Shown: in pieces, positions 1 through 7,638 of the stretch
Numbering within the stretch: the first letter of the stretch is position 1
Layout of the letters: each line of letters starts with the position of its first letter
Assembly: GCA_965224485.1 (NCBI GenBank)
Contig: CBDCZH010000011.1
Coordinates: 1-27,214 of the forward strand
DNA from: Arcobacteraceae bacterium
GTDB lineage: Bacteria > Campylobacterota > Campylobacteria > Campylobacterales > Arcobacteraceae
DNA length: 27,214 nt
Reading direction: 5' to 3'
Translations under genes and position numbers: made by a program
Notes under the pieces: generated by a model
What the model saw: only the letters and a program-made list of their open reading frames with translations
Told to the model about the DNA's origin: nothing
The model's database searches: none

Positions 1-108
1 TATCGACTTCTTAAACTCTTCATTAAATCTATTATACAAACTTGTATCATATTGAGCTAGTATTTTTTGGATAGTTCCAAACTCGTTGTTTGTAATTGTG
101 ATTCTCAT
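1..108 (-). CDS. Hypothetical protein, 5' part only (runs off the left edge; not in ORF track)
   Basis: ATG at 108-106 preceded by an AGGA SD. Open for 36 codons (MRITITNNEFGTIQKILAQYDTSLYNRFNEEFKKSI...). TATAAT on the minus strand at 142-137. Confidence 0.6.
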   Translation of the reverse strand, partial: MRITITNNEFGTIQKILAQYDTSLYNRFNEEFKKSI

Positions 109-201
109 TTTTTTCCTAGTTGTTTTGTGGAAGAAGATTATACAAAAACAAACTTAAATATACTTCAAAATGTTATAACAATTTGAAACAACTTGTATAA
201 T

Positions 202-232
202 AAAAAAGCCTTAAAAAAATAAGGCTTTTTTT
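202..232. terminator. Intrinsic terminator, symmetric A/T tails
   Basis: AAAAAAGCCTTA-aaaaaa-TAAGGCTTTTTT inverted repeat about 45 nt downstream of the minus-strand 278..973 ORF. Confidence 0.75.
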
Positions 233-277
233 ACTATTTTTTTTTAAAAATAAACTTTTTTTACAAAAAATATTATC

Positions 278-973
278 TTATATATAAATTATTTTTTCTA
301 CTATTCGATCTTTTTCTTCTTCTTTATATTGATTTAAAGTATTTTCTTTTACAAATAAATCTCTTACGTTAATAGGACTTATATTTTTTGTATTAATGAT
401 GATTTTTTCTTCCTCATTAATAATATTTTCCTTATCACTTTCTCTTCTTTTCTGCTTTTCTAAGTCTTCTTCTCTTCTTTTTATCTCTTTTTTATCACTT
501 AAACGTCTTTTATAAGATAGTTTAACCTGTTTTTCATTGATAAATTGATGATTAAAGAGTTCTTCTTTTAAAAGAATAAAAAAGCTTTTTAAATACTCTT
601 CTTTAATTTCATCTTGGGCTGAAGTGTTTATTTTAAAGTTATGAAAGGATAAAAATATATTATAAGCTAATTTATTTATAATTTTTAAGTGTTTAATACT
701 TTTTAAGATTTCACTAGAAGAAAAATTTTGCCATCTATTTAATATATTATCTTCATCTTTTTTATAAAATTGCTTTTTATTGAGTTTTTTTATAAGCTTA
801 TTTTTATTATAAAATTCAACTCTTCGTAAAATATTAATATAAAAAGCATTATATAAGGCATCTAAGGCATATAGATTATTATTTTGTTCTATTAGTACAT
901 TGGCTTCTTTTAGTGCATCTAATTCTAATGCTTCTAAGTTATATGTTTTTTCATCTAAGATAAACGTACTCAT
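278..973 (-). CDS. Hypothetical protein with three 10-aa KRRxxD repeats near the C-terminus
   Basis: 231-aa ORF with AAAGGA SD upstream, minus-strand TATAAT at 999-994 and a downstream terminator. No confidently recognised domain. Confidence 0.75.
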   Translation of the reverse strand: MSTFILDEKTYNLEALELDALKEANVLIEQNNNLYALDALYNAFYINILRRVEFYNKNKLIKKLNKKQFYKKDEDNILNRWQNFSSSEILKSIKHLKIINKLAYNIFLSFHNFKINTSAQDEIKEEYLKSFFILLKEELFNHQFINEKQVKLSYKRRLSDKKEIKRREEDLEKQKRRESDKENIINEEEKIIINTKNISPINVRDLFVKENTLNQYKEEEKDRIVEKIIYI

Positions 974-1131
974 AATAATTCCTTTAAGTATAAATTATAC
1001 TAACTTTAAGAAAAGGTAAACTTAAAATAATAATTTAATAAATTCTTTCTATCTAAAAAATAGAAAAAACTTATGTCAATAATATGTAAGGTATGAATAT
1101 TTTTTTTTAAATACTTGTTTTTTTTGATATT

Positions 1132-1167
1132 TAAAACTAATAAAACTAATAAAAATAATAAATATAA
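1132..1167. repeat. Degenerate 9-bp tandem repeat (TAAAACTAA x2, TAAAAATAA, TAAATATAA)
   Basis: Read directly in the AT-rich divergent intergenic region. Confidence 0.4.
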
Positions 1168-1387
1168 AATATAATATAATATTTTATATATCTATATATT
1201 AGGACATAATATCTATTATTTATTTTAAATAATTATTAATTGTAAAAATAATAATGATTATACACTTGTAGATAATTATATTCCCTTCAATTTTGAGAAA
1301 AAAGCTTGTAATAATTAATTATTATGATATTATTTTTCTATAAGTATTATTGTTATTATAAGTTTTAATTTAAAATAATGGATAAAT

Positions 1388-3247
1388 ATGAATAAACTAA
1401 ATATTAAAATAAAAACCTCAATAGTTTTACTTTTTACAACAATAATATTGTTTATTGTTGGAATAATGATGTTTTTTCAATACAAATCTAGTAATGAATT
1501 AGCTCTCTTAACTACACAAAAAGTATTTAATCAAATATCAGATACTGTTATACATAAAATAGAAAAATATGATAATGAAAGCAAGCAGTTTATTGATATT
1601 ATAAAACATAGTAATAATGTTGATGAAGATGTTAAACTTAATATTAGACATATTGTTTTTCCTTCTATGCTAGAGTATATAAAAAACTCTAATTATGTTT
1701 ATGCTACTTATATTGGTTATAGAAATGATACATTTTATGAAATAATTAATTTGAATTTATCTTCTGAAATCAAAAAGAAATTAAAAGTTTCTTCGTCTGC
1801 AAGATGGTTAATTATAAAACATCTTAAGAAAAATACTAAGATGATGAGATATGAAGAAATATTAGATGAAAACTTATTAAGTTTGTCTTTTAAAGAAAAA
1901 GAGACTTTTTATAAGAGTTCACAAAGACCATGGTATAAAAAAGCAAATAAATCAGAATCTTCAATAAAAACTAATCCTTACTTCTTTTCAACACTTAAAC
2001 AATATGGTGTTACTTATGCAAGAGTTATTAATAAAACAAAAGGAACAGTATTAGGACTTGATATCTCTTTAGAAAGTTTTAATAAGTTATTAAAAGAGCA
2101 AAATCTTGTAGAAGGTAGTGCAGCTTTTATTTTTAAACAAAATGGAGAGGTCTTAGCTCAATTTGATGATATCTCTAATAAGTTTATTACAAATTTAAGT
2201 AATACTTATGCAAAGTCTTTTATAAATAATAAAAAAGTACTTGATGTAAATAAACAAGTACTTATAAATATAAAGGGAATTGAGTATTTAAAATATACTA
2301 CTTTATTAAACTCCAATTTAGGTGGAAAGGATTATTTAACTATTCTTTCTCCTCACTCTACAATAATGAAACCTTATAAAGATAAAATTTATGAAGCCCT
2401 TGTAATAACTGCTTTAGTATTATTTTTATTTATTTTTCCTCTTGTATTTTATGCAATAGATTTAATAGTAAAACCAATTTTAGAATTAGAAAAAGAGAAT
2501 TTAAAAATTTCTAAGGGAAATTTTAAAAATGTAAGAAAGGTACCATCTTTCATGATAGAAATAGCTAGTTTATCTACTTCTTTAGTAAATATGGCAGCTT
2601 CTATTGAAGATTTAACTACAAACCTTGAAGCAAAAATTAAAAAAAGAACAAAAGAAGTTGAAGAAAAAAATAAAAATATTGCAAATTTATTAAACAATGC
2701 AGGTCAGGGTTTCTTGTACTTTAATAGAGAAATGATAGTAGGAAATGAAGTTTCAAAAGAAACGGTACGTATATTTAATAAGAATATAGTAGGTGAAAAT
2801 ATTATACAAATTCTTTTTCCTAATGATAAAGAAGAAGAAGATCTTATAACATCAACCATGCTTTATATTTTAGATCAAGATGAATCTAAGCGTGACATTC
2901 TTATTAGCTTATTAAAAAAAGAATTTGAAATAAATAATTGTTTTATTGAATTTGAATATAAGGTATTAAATAATGATACTTTTATGTTAATACTAACTGA
3001 TATTACACATAAGAAAGACTTAGACCAGCAAATAAAAGATGAGCAGCAAATTTTAAAGATGGTTGTTGAAGCTGTTAGTTCTATTGAACAATTTAAAGAA
3101 GTAAAAAGTGCTTATGAATCTATGATTTTAAATATAAATAATTTTAAGTCTTTAGATAAGTTATCAAGTTTAAGAATGGAAATTCATACATATAAAGGAC
3201 TCTTTGCACAAAAAAAACATGCTGCATATTGTAAAAGAGTTACATAA
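1388..3247 (+). CDS. N-terminal fragment of sensor kinase: two TM helices, periplasmic dCache-like domain, HAMP, PAS-like region, first half of HPt
   Basis: TM at about aa 10-30 and 338-358; Cache motif YKSSQRPWY; HAMP IVKPILEL...EIASLSTSLVNMAASIE; PAS-like LLNNAGQGFLYFN; HPt HTYKG (His600, codon 3185-3187). Confidence 0.8.
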   Translation: MNKLNIKIKTSIVLLFTTIILFIVGIMMFFQYKSSNELALLTTQKVFNQISDTVIHKIEKYDNESKQFIDIIKHSNNVDEDVKLNIRHIVFPSMLEYIKNSNYVYATYIGYRNDTFYEIINLNLSSEIKKKLKVSSSARWLIIKHLKKNTKMMRYEEILDENLLSLSFKEKETFYKSSQRPWYKKANKSESSIKTNPYFFSTLKQYGVTYARVINKTKGTVLGLDISLESFNKLLKEQNLVEGSAAFIFKQNGEVLAQFDDISNKFITNLSNTYAKSFINNKKVLDVNKQVLINIKGIEYLKYTTLLNSNLGGKDYLTILSPHSTIMKPYKDKIYEALVITALVLFLFIFPLVFYAIDLIVKPILELEKENLKISKGNFKNVRKVPSFMIEIASLSTSLVNMAASIEDLTTNLEAKIKKRTKEVEEKNKNIANLLNNAGQGFLYFNREMIVGNEVSKETVRIFNKNIVGENIIQILFPNDKEEEDLITSTMLYILDQDESKRDILISLLKKEFEINNCFIEFEYKVLNNDTFMLILTDITHKKDLDQQIKDEQQILKMVVEAVSSIEQFKEVKSAYESMILNINNFKSLDKLSSLRMEIHTYKGLFAQKKHAAYCKRVT

Positions 3248-4118
3248 TTTTGAATCACAAATAGATATAAGTCTAAAAAAACAAAAAATCTCTTTAAAAA
3301 TTGAAGAAATCACTACAGAAGAGATGCAAGAATGGCTTAATAAAGATATTGAAATTTTAACTTCTATTTTAGGAAGTGATTATTTTAATTCAGAAAATAG
3401 AATAACTATTAAAAAGAATAGAATTTCAATGATTGCGGAGAGTCTAATATCATTAAGAAAAGAAGTTAAAAATTATCTTAAAAAAGATATGTTTGATGAA
3501 AGAATTTTAATAAATTTTAAAAATTTGATATTAAATGTTAATAATTTAAAAAATAGAAATATATATGTTTATTTGAATCCATATATAAATTTAGTTGAAG
3601 ATCTTTCATTGCAACTCGAAAAACCAGTGAATCCTCTTGTTTTACAAATAAAAGAGGATATTTATCTTGATGATTCATACAGTGGTTTTTTAAACTCTTT
3701 AGTACATATTTTTAGAAATAGTATTGATCATGGAATTGAAAGTATTGAAAAAAGAGAAGATTTAGGTAAAGAGTTATTTGCTACTATTCTTGTAGATATT
3801 TTTACTAAAGATAAAGAACTTATAATAAATATTAGTGATGATGGAAAAGGAATAGATTTAAATACAATTAAAAATCTAGCAGTTCAAAAAAAGTTATATA
3901 AAAAAGAAGAATTAATAAAATTTACAGAACAAGAAATACTTTTTATTTTATTTGAAGATGCTTTTTCTACATCTATAAATATTACAGATATATCGGGTAG
4001 GGGAGTTGGATTGGCTTCTATTTTAAATGAATTAAATAAGTTATCTGGACGTTTATATATAAAAAACGAATTTGGTAAAGGTTTAAAATTTATTTTTACT
4101 TTACCTTTACATACATAA
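3204..4118 (+). CDS. C-terminal fragment of sensor kinase: rest of HPt plus CheA-type HATPase_c, with no CheW-like domain
   Basis: CheA-type N box HIFRNSIDHGIE, G1 DDGKGID, F box FEDAFST, G2 SGRGVGL. The protein ends right after the ATPase domain. Confidence 0.8.
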   Translation: MHKKNMLHIVKELHNFESQIDISLKKQKISLKIEEITTEEMQEWLNKDIEILTSILGSDYFNSENRITIKKNRISMIAESLISLRKEVKNYLKKDMFDERILINFKNLILNVNNLKNRNIYVYLNPYINLVEDLSLQLEKPVNPLVLQIKEDIYLDDSYSGFLNSLVHIFRNSIDHGIESIEKREDLGKELFATILVDIFTKDKELIINISDDGKGIDLNTIKNLAVQKKLYKKEELIKFTEQEILFILFEDAFSTSINITDISGRGVGLASILNELNKLSGRLYIKNEFGKGLKFIFTLPLHT

Positions 4119-4128
4119 AAGGAAAATA

Positions 4129-4506
4129 ATGGCAAAAATTATGATAGTTGATGATGCAAAAATAATGAGAATTAATTTAGCAAAAATTCTCATTGACTTA
4201 GGACATGAAGTAGTAGCCCAAGCTGCAAGTGGATTTGAAGCAATTGAGTTATATAAAAAATATAATCCTGAATTAGTAACTATGGATATTACAATGCCTG
4301 CTGAAAATGGAATTAAAGATGGAATAGAAGCAGTAAAACAGATTCAATCTATTAATAAGGAATCAAAAATTATTATGATCACTTCTCATGGAGAAGAAGA
4401 AAAAGTTATAAGAGCTATAAGAGCAGGGGCTAAAAATTATATGCTTAAACCAATATCTATAAAAAAAGTAAAAGATGTTTTAGCTAAAGTTTTAAATAAA
4501 GTGTAG
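4129..4506 (+). CDS. cheY: Single-domain response regulator, CheY-like
   Basis: VDD, phospho-Asp in VTMDITMP, conserved T, KP; no output domain; AAGGA SD. Confidence 0.85.
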   Translation: MAKIMIVDDAKIMRINLAKILIDLGHEVVAQAASGFEAIELYKKYNPELVTMDITMPAENGIKDGIEAVKQIQSINKESKIIMITSHGEEEKVIRAIRAGAKNYMLKPISIKKVKDVLAKVLNKV

Positions 4507-4519
4507 GGAAAAATTCTAT

Positions 4520-4987
4520 ATGAAAAATACTGAAATACTAGAAAAACTAGCAAAAAGAACAAGTGAATATTTAAGTAATGAACTATCTTTAGCTGTAGGT
4601 CTCACTTATAATATAGTTGAAGTTGATAAAATAAATTATTTGGATATTACAACATTAATATCTTTAAGTAATGATATGTCTGGTTCTATTGGAATGAGTG
4701 TAAGTAATGAACTTGCCTGTGAGATGGTTAAAAACTTTTTAAGTCCTGATTTAGAAGAAGAAGAACTTAAAGAATTCTCAAGAGAAAATGTTGCAGAAAC
4801 ACTAAATATAACCTTAGGTAATATTTTAAAAGAATTAACTGTGATAAAAGAAGGTGGAACAGTCGAAATATCTACTCCTTATACAATGCACAATAGTGTA
4901 GTTATTACAAAAAAAGATAATGGATGTATGTATTTATGTAAATTAAAAGTAAATGGTGAAATAATAATATTAAGTTATTTTTTATAA
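4520..4987 (+). CDS. cheX: CheX-family phosphatase
   Basis: 155 aa; ExxN catalytic motif in AETLNITLGN, followed by EISTP; flanked by CheY-like genes. Confidence 0.85.
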   Translation: MKNTEILEKLAKRTSEYLSNELSLAVGLTYNIVEVDKINYLDITTLISLSNDMSGSIGMSVSNELACEMVKNFLSPDLEEEELKEFSRENVAETLNITLGNILKELTVIKEGGTVEISTPYTMHNSVVITKKDNGCMYLCKLKVNGEIIILSYFL

Positions 4988-5011
4988 ATAAAAAAATATA
5001 AGGAAAATCAA

Positions 5012-5383
5012 ATGGCAAATGTATTAGTTGTAGATGATGCAAAAATAATGAGAGCATATATAAAAAAAATGCTAGTAGACTTAGGGCATGTAGTATTATC
5101 AGAAGCAGCAAGTGGTTTTGAAGCCATTAGGCAATATGAATTAATAAAACCAGACTTTGTTACTATGGATATTACTATGCCTCCACAAGGTGGCGTAGAA
5201 GATGGAATAGAAGCAGTAGTAAGAATTATGAAAATAGATCCAAAGGCTAAAATAATAATGGTTACTTCTCATGGAGAACAAAATAAAGTTGTAAAAGCTA
5301 TACAAGCTGGTGCTTGTAATTATGTACTAAAACCTTTAAAAGCAGAAAAACTAAAAGAAGTAATCACTAAAGTTCTTTCTTAA
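5012..5383 (+). CDS. cheY: Second single-domain response regulator, CheY-like
   Basis: Same receiver motifs; 71 of 123 residues identical to 4129..4506 by manual ungapped alignment; AAGGA SD. Confidence 0.85.
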   Translation: MANVLVVDDAKIMRAYIKKMLVDLGHVVLSEAASGFEAIRQYELIKPDFVTMDITMPPQGGVEDGIEAVVRIMKIDPKAKIIMVTSHGEQNKVVKAIQAGACNYVLKPLKAEKLKEVITKVLS

Positions 5384-5393
5384 ATTTATTAGT

Positions 5394-5430
5394 AAAAAAA
5401 AGAGGAAGTGAAAACACTTTCTCTCTTTTT
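5394..5430. terminator. Bidirectional intrinsic terminator between convergent genes
   Basis: A-run, then AGAGGAAGTG-aaaa-CACTTTCTCT stem (one G.U pair), then T-run. Confidence 0.75.
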
Positions 5431-5451
5431 CCTAATTAATTTATACTCGAT

Positions 5452-6783
5452 TTATATTAAACCTAATTTATTAAATAATAAAATTGCTATTGCAATAGGT
5501 ACTATATATTTAACTAAAATATACCAAATATTAAAAACTAATAAAGATGTATGTTTTGTAAACTTTTCTTGAATCATTTCTTTATCTACAAAATGTCCTA
5601 CAAAGATACAAGTTAAAATTGCAGCTAGTGGCATCATTATAGAAGAGGTTATAAAGTCCATCCAATCAAAGGCATTTTTACCATTAAAAGTTAAACTACT
5701 TCCCCAAGCATCAGACATAGATAATAAAGCAATAATACCAAGAATGTAAAAAATAGCTCCACACATTATTGTTGCATTTTTTCTAGTCATATTAAATCTT
5801 TCAATAAAAAACATTAAAGAAGGTTCAATCATGGAAACAGCAGAGGTAATACCAGCAAAAACTAAAGCTACAAAAAATGAAATAGCAATAACTTGACCTA
5901 ATACTCCCCAATCTGAGAAAATTACAGGAAGTGAAATAAATACAAGACCAGGTCCTGCTGCACTAGGTGCTCCTGCTTCAAAAAGAAAAGTAAATATAAT
6001 CAAACCAGCAATTAAAGCTATTACGGTATCTACAAAAGCTACATAAAGAGATGATTTTACAAAGTTAGCATCTTTTGGTAATGATGCTGAATATGTTAAA
6101 ATTGTTCCTACTCCAATAGATAGAGTAAAAAATGCTTGTCCTAGCGCGGCTAAGAGTGCATCTTCATTTATTTTACTAAAATCAGGTACGAACATAAATG
6201 ATACTGCTTTAGAAAAAGAGTCTAAAGAAATAGCATAAAAAAGAAGTCCCAATAAGATTAGAGCTAAAAGAGGCATTAGAATTAAGTTTATTTTCTCAAT
6301 TCCATCTTTTATTCCTTTTAAAACTATAAATATCACTGTTGCTGAAATAATTGTAAAATAAAATATTTGCGTTGGAACATCTTTTGTTAAAGCCCCAAAT
6401 TCAGCACCTGCAATAGATGCTTCTTTTGGAAGGGCTGAAAATGATGTAACAACATAATTTAAAATCCAACCTAATACTACTGAATAAAATGATAAAATTA
6501 TAAGTCCTGCAAAAATCATAAATGAGGCAAATTTCCATTTTGGGTTTTTACTTTTTGATGTTTTTACAAAAGCAGTAGCAACATTAGCCTCAGCATTTTG
6601 TCCAATAAATGATTCAGCTATAAATACTGATAAACCAATAAATAAAATACAAGCAAGGTAAACTATAACAAAAGCTCCTCCTCCAAACTCTCCTGTAATA
6701 TATGGAAATTTCCATATATTTCCTAGTCCAACAGCAGAGCCAGCAGCCGCCAATATAAAACCTATTCTTGAAAACTTATTCAA
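5452..6783 (-). CDS. Sodium-dependent transporter, NSS/SNF family
   Basis: Signature GFILAAAGSAVGLGNIWKFPY, GGGAF, GIEK, LGQAFFTLS, GPGLVF; TTG start with GGAG SD. Confidence 0.95.
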   Translation of the reverse strand: MNKFSRIGFILAAAGSAVGLGNIWKFPYITGEFGGGAFVIVYLACILFIGLSVFIAESFIGQNAEANVATAFVKTSKSKNPKWKFASFMIFAGLIILSFYSVVLGWILNYVVTSFSALPKEASIAGAEFGALTKDVPTQIFYFTIISATVIFIVLKGIKDGIEKINLILMPLLALILLGLLFYAISLDSFSKAVSFMFVPDFSKINEDALLAALGQAFFTLSIGVGTILTYSASLPKDANFVKSSLYVAFVDTVIALIAGLIIFTFLFEAGAPSAAGPGLVFISLPVIFSDWGVLGQVIAISFFVALVFAGITSAVSMIEPSLMFFIERFNMTRKNATIMCGAIFYILGIIALLSMSDAWGSSLTFNGKNAFDWMDFITSSIMMPLAAILTCIFVGHFVDKEMIQEKFTKHTSLLVFNIWYILVKYIVPIAIAILLFNKLGLI

Positions 6784-6821
6784 TAAAACTCCTTTTTTTC
6801 TTTCGTAATTATTTTATCTTC

Positions 6822-7568
6822 TTAGTATGAGTTTGATGTGACTTTATCAAGAGTATATTTTAAATCTTCATCTAAATCCATATTTGATTTCATCCAGTTT
6901 AAATAACCAGCATCACTACTTGCAACACTTTCAATATCTTGCCCCTTATATTTACCAAATTTAAAAGTTTTTATAAATACTGGTGTTTTTGTAAGTTCTG
7001 CTAGTTTTTCCATTGGATTATAATCTGGATAAATTTCTCTACAACGAGATACTAGTTTTGATAAAAATAACTTCATTACTAAAACATCACCAAGTGCATC
7101 ATGTGCTTTAATAGTTATATTATGTTTACCAGCCTCACTTAGTTCATCTTTATATAGTTCTAGTGAATATCGTAAATATTGTAATCTATGATAAGGTGAA
7201 TCTGGATATAAGTGTTTTGCACATCTTAGAGTATCAATTAATTGTAAGTTATTTTCAAAGCCCTCTTTTTTAATCATTCCTAAATCAAAGCTAATATTAT
7301 GTGCTATTAAATAGTTTTCTTGTTTATTTAGTTCAAGTAATCTATTATAAAACTTTGTTTGTGTAGCTTTTACTTTATTCTCTAACATAGAAGGTACAAT
7401 ATTATGAACTTCCATTGCTTCAATTTTCATCTCCACATCACAAGAACATAATTCATCATAAATCTCAATACTAGCTTTTGAATCAACAATCATAGCTCCA
7501 AATTGAATAATTCTGTCTTCTTCTTGATTCCCTGTTGTTTCTGTATCAAATAATATATATTTTGCCAT
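6822..7568 (-). CDS. DEDDh 3'-5' exonuclease with exonuclease X-like C-terminal domain
   Basis: FDTETTG, AHNISFD and AHDALGD motifs; C-terminal FKFGKYKG...YLNWM. Confidence 0.9.
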   Translation of the reverse strand: MAKYILFDTETTGNQEEDRIIQFGAMIVDSKASIEIYDELCSCDVEMKIEAMEVHNIVPSMLENKVKATQTKFYNRLLELNKQENYLIAHNISFDLGMIKKEGFENNLQLIDTLRCAKHLYPDSPYHRLQYLRYSLELYKDELSEAGKHNITIKAHDALGDVLVMKLFLSKLVSRCREIYPDYNPMEKLAELTKTPVFIKTFKFGKYKGQDIESVASSDAGYLNWMKSNMDLDEDLKYTLDKVTSNSY

Positions 7569-7638
7569 GATTTTTTCCTTTTTTTATCTTCTTAAATTTA
7601 GTTTTTTAACGCTTGTTTTACTTCTTTATAAATAATAT

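Larger units (their letters stand above)
1388..4118 (+). pseudogene. Frameshifted membrane-bound CheA-like histidine kinase (TM-Cache-TM-HAMP-PAS-HPt-HATPase), about 909 aa if repaired. May be a real frameshift or a sequencing indel.
   Basis: Deleting one A from the A8 run at 3210-3217 fuses ORFs 1388..3247 and 3204..4118 and restores a continuous HPt motif, EIHTYKGLFAQKNMLHIVKELHNFE. Confidence 0.7.

Noticed and set aside
1245..1335. Fur-box-like TAATGATTAT / GATAATTAT words upstream of the kinase
   Set aside because: Only partial matches in a region that is almost all A/T; expected by chance.
3194..3218. dnaX/IS-type programmed -1 ribosomal frameshift (SD 10 nt upstream of the A-run)
   Set aside because: The downstream ORF is in the +1 frame, the -1 frame stops within a few codons, and the SD-like bases encode the conserved KG of the HPt motif.
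3204..4118. Calling this ORF a stand-alone canonical cheA
   Set aside because: It lacks the phospho-His (which lies in the upstream ORF) and the CheW-like domain; it is the distal half of a frameshifted gene.
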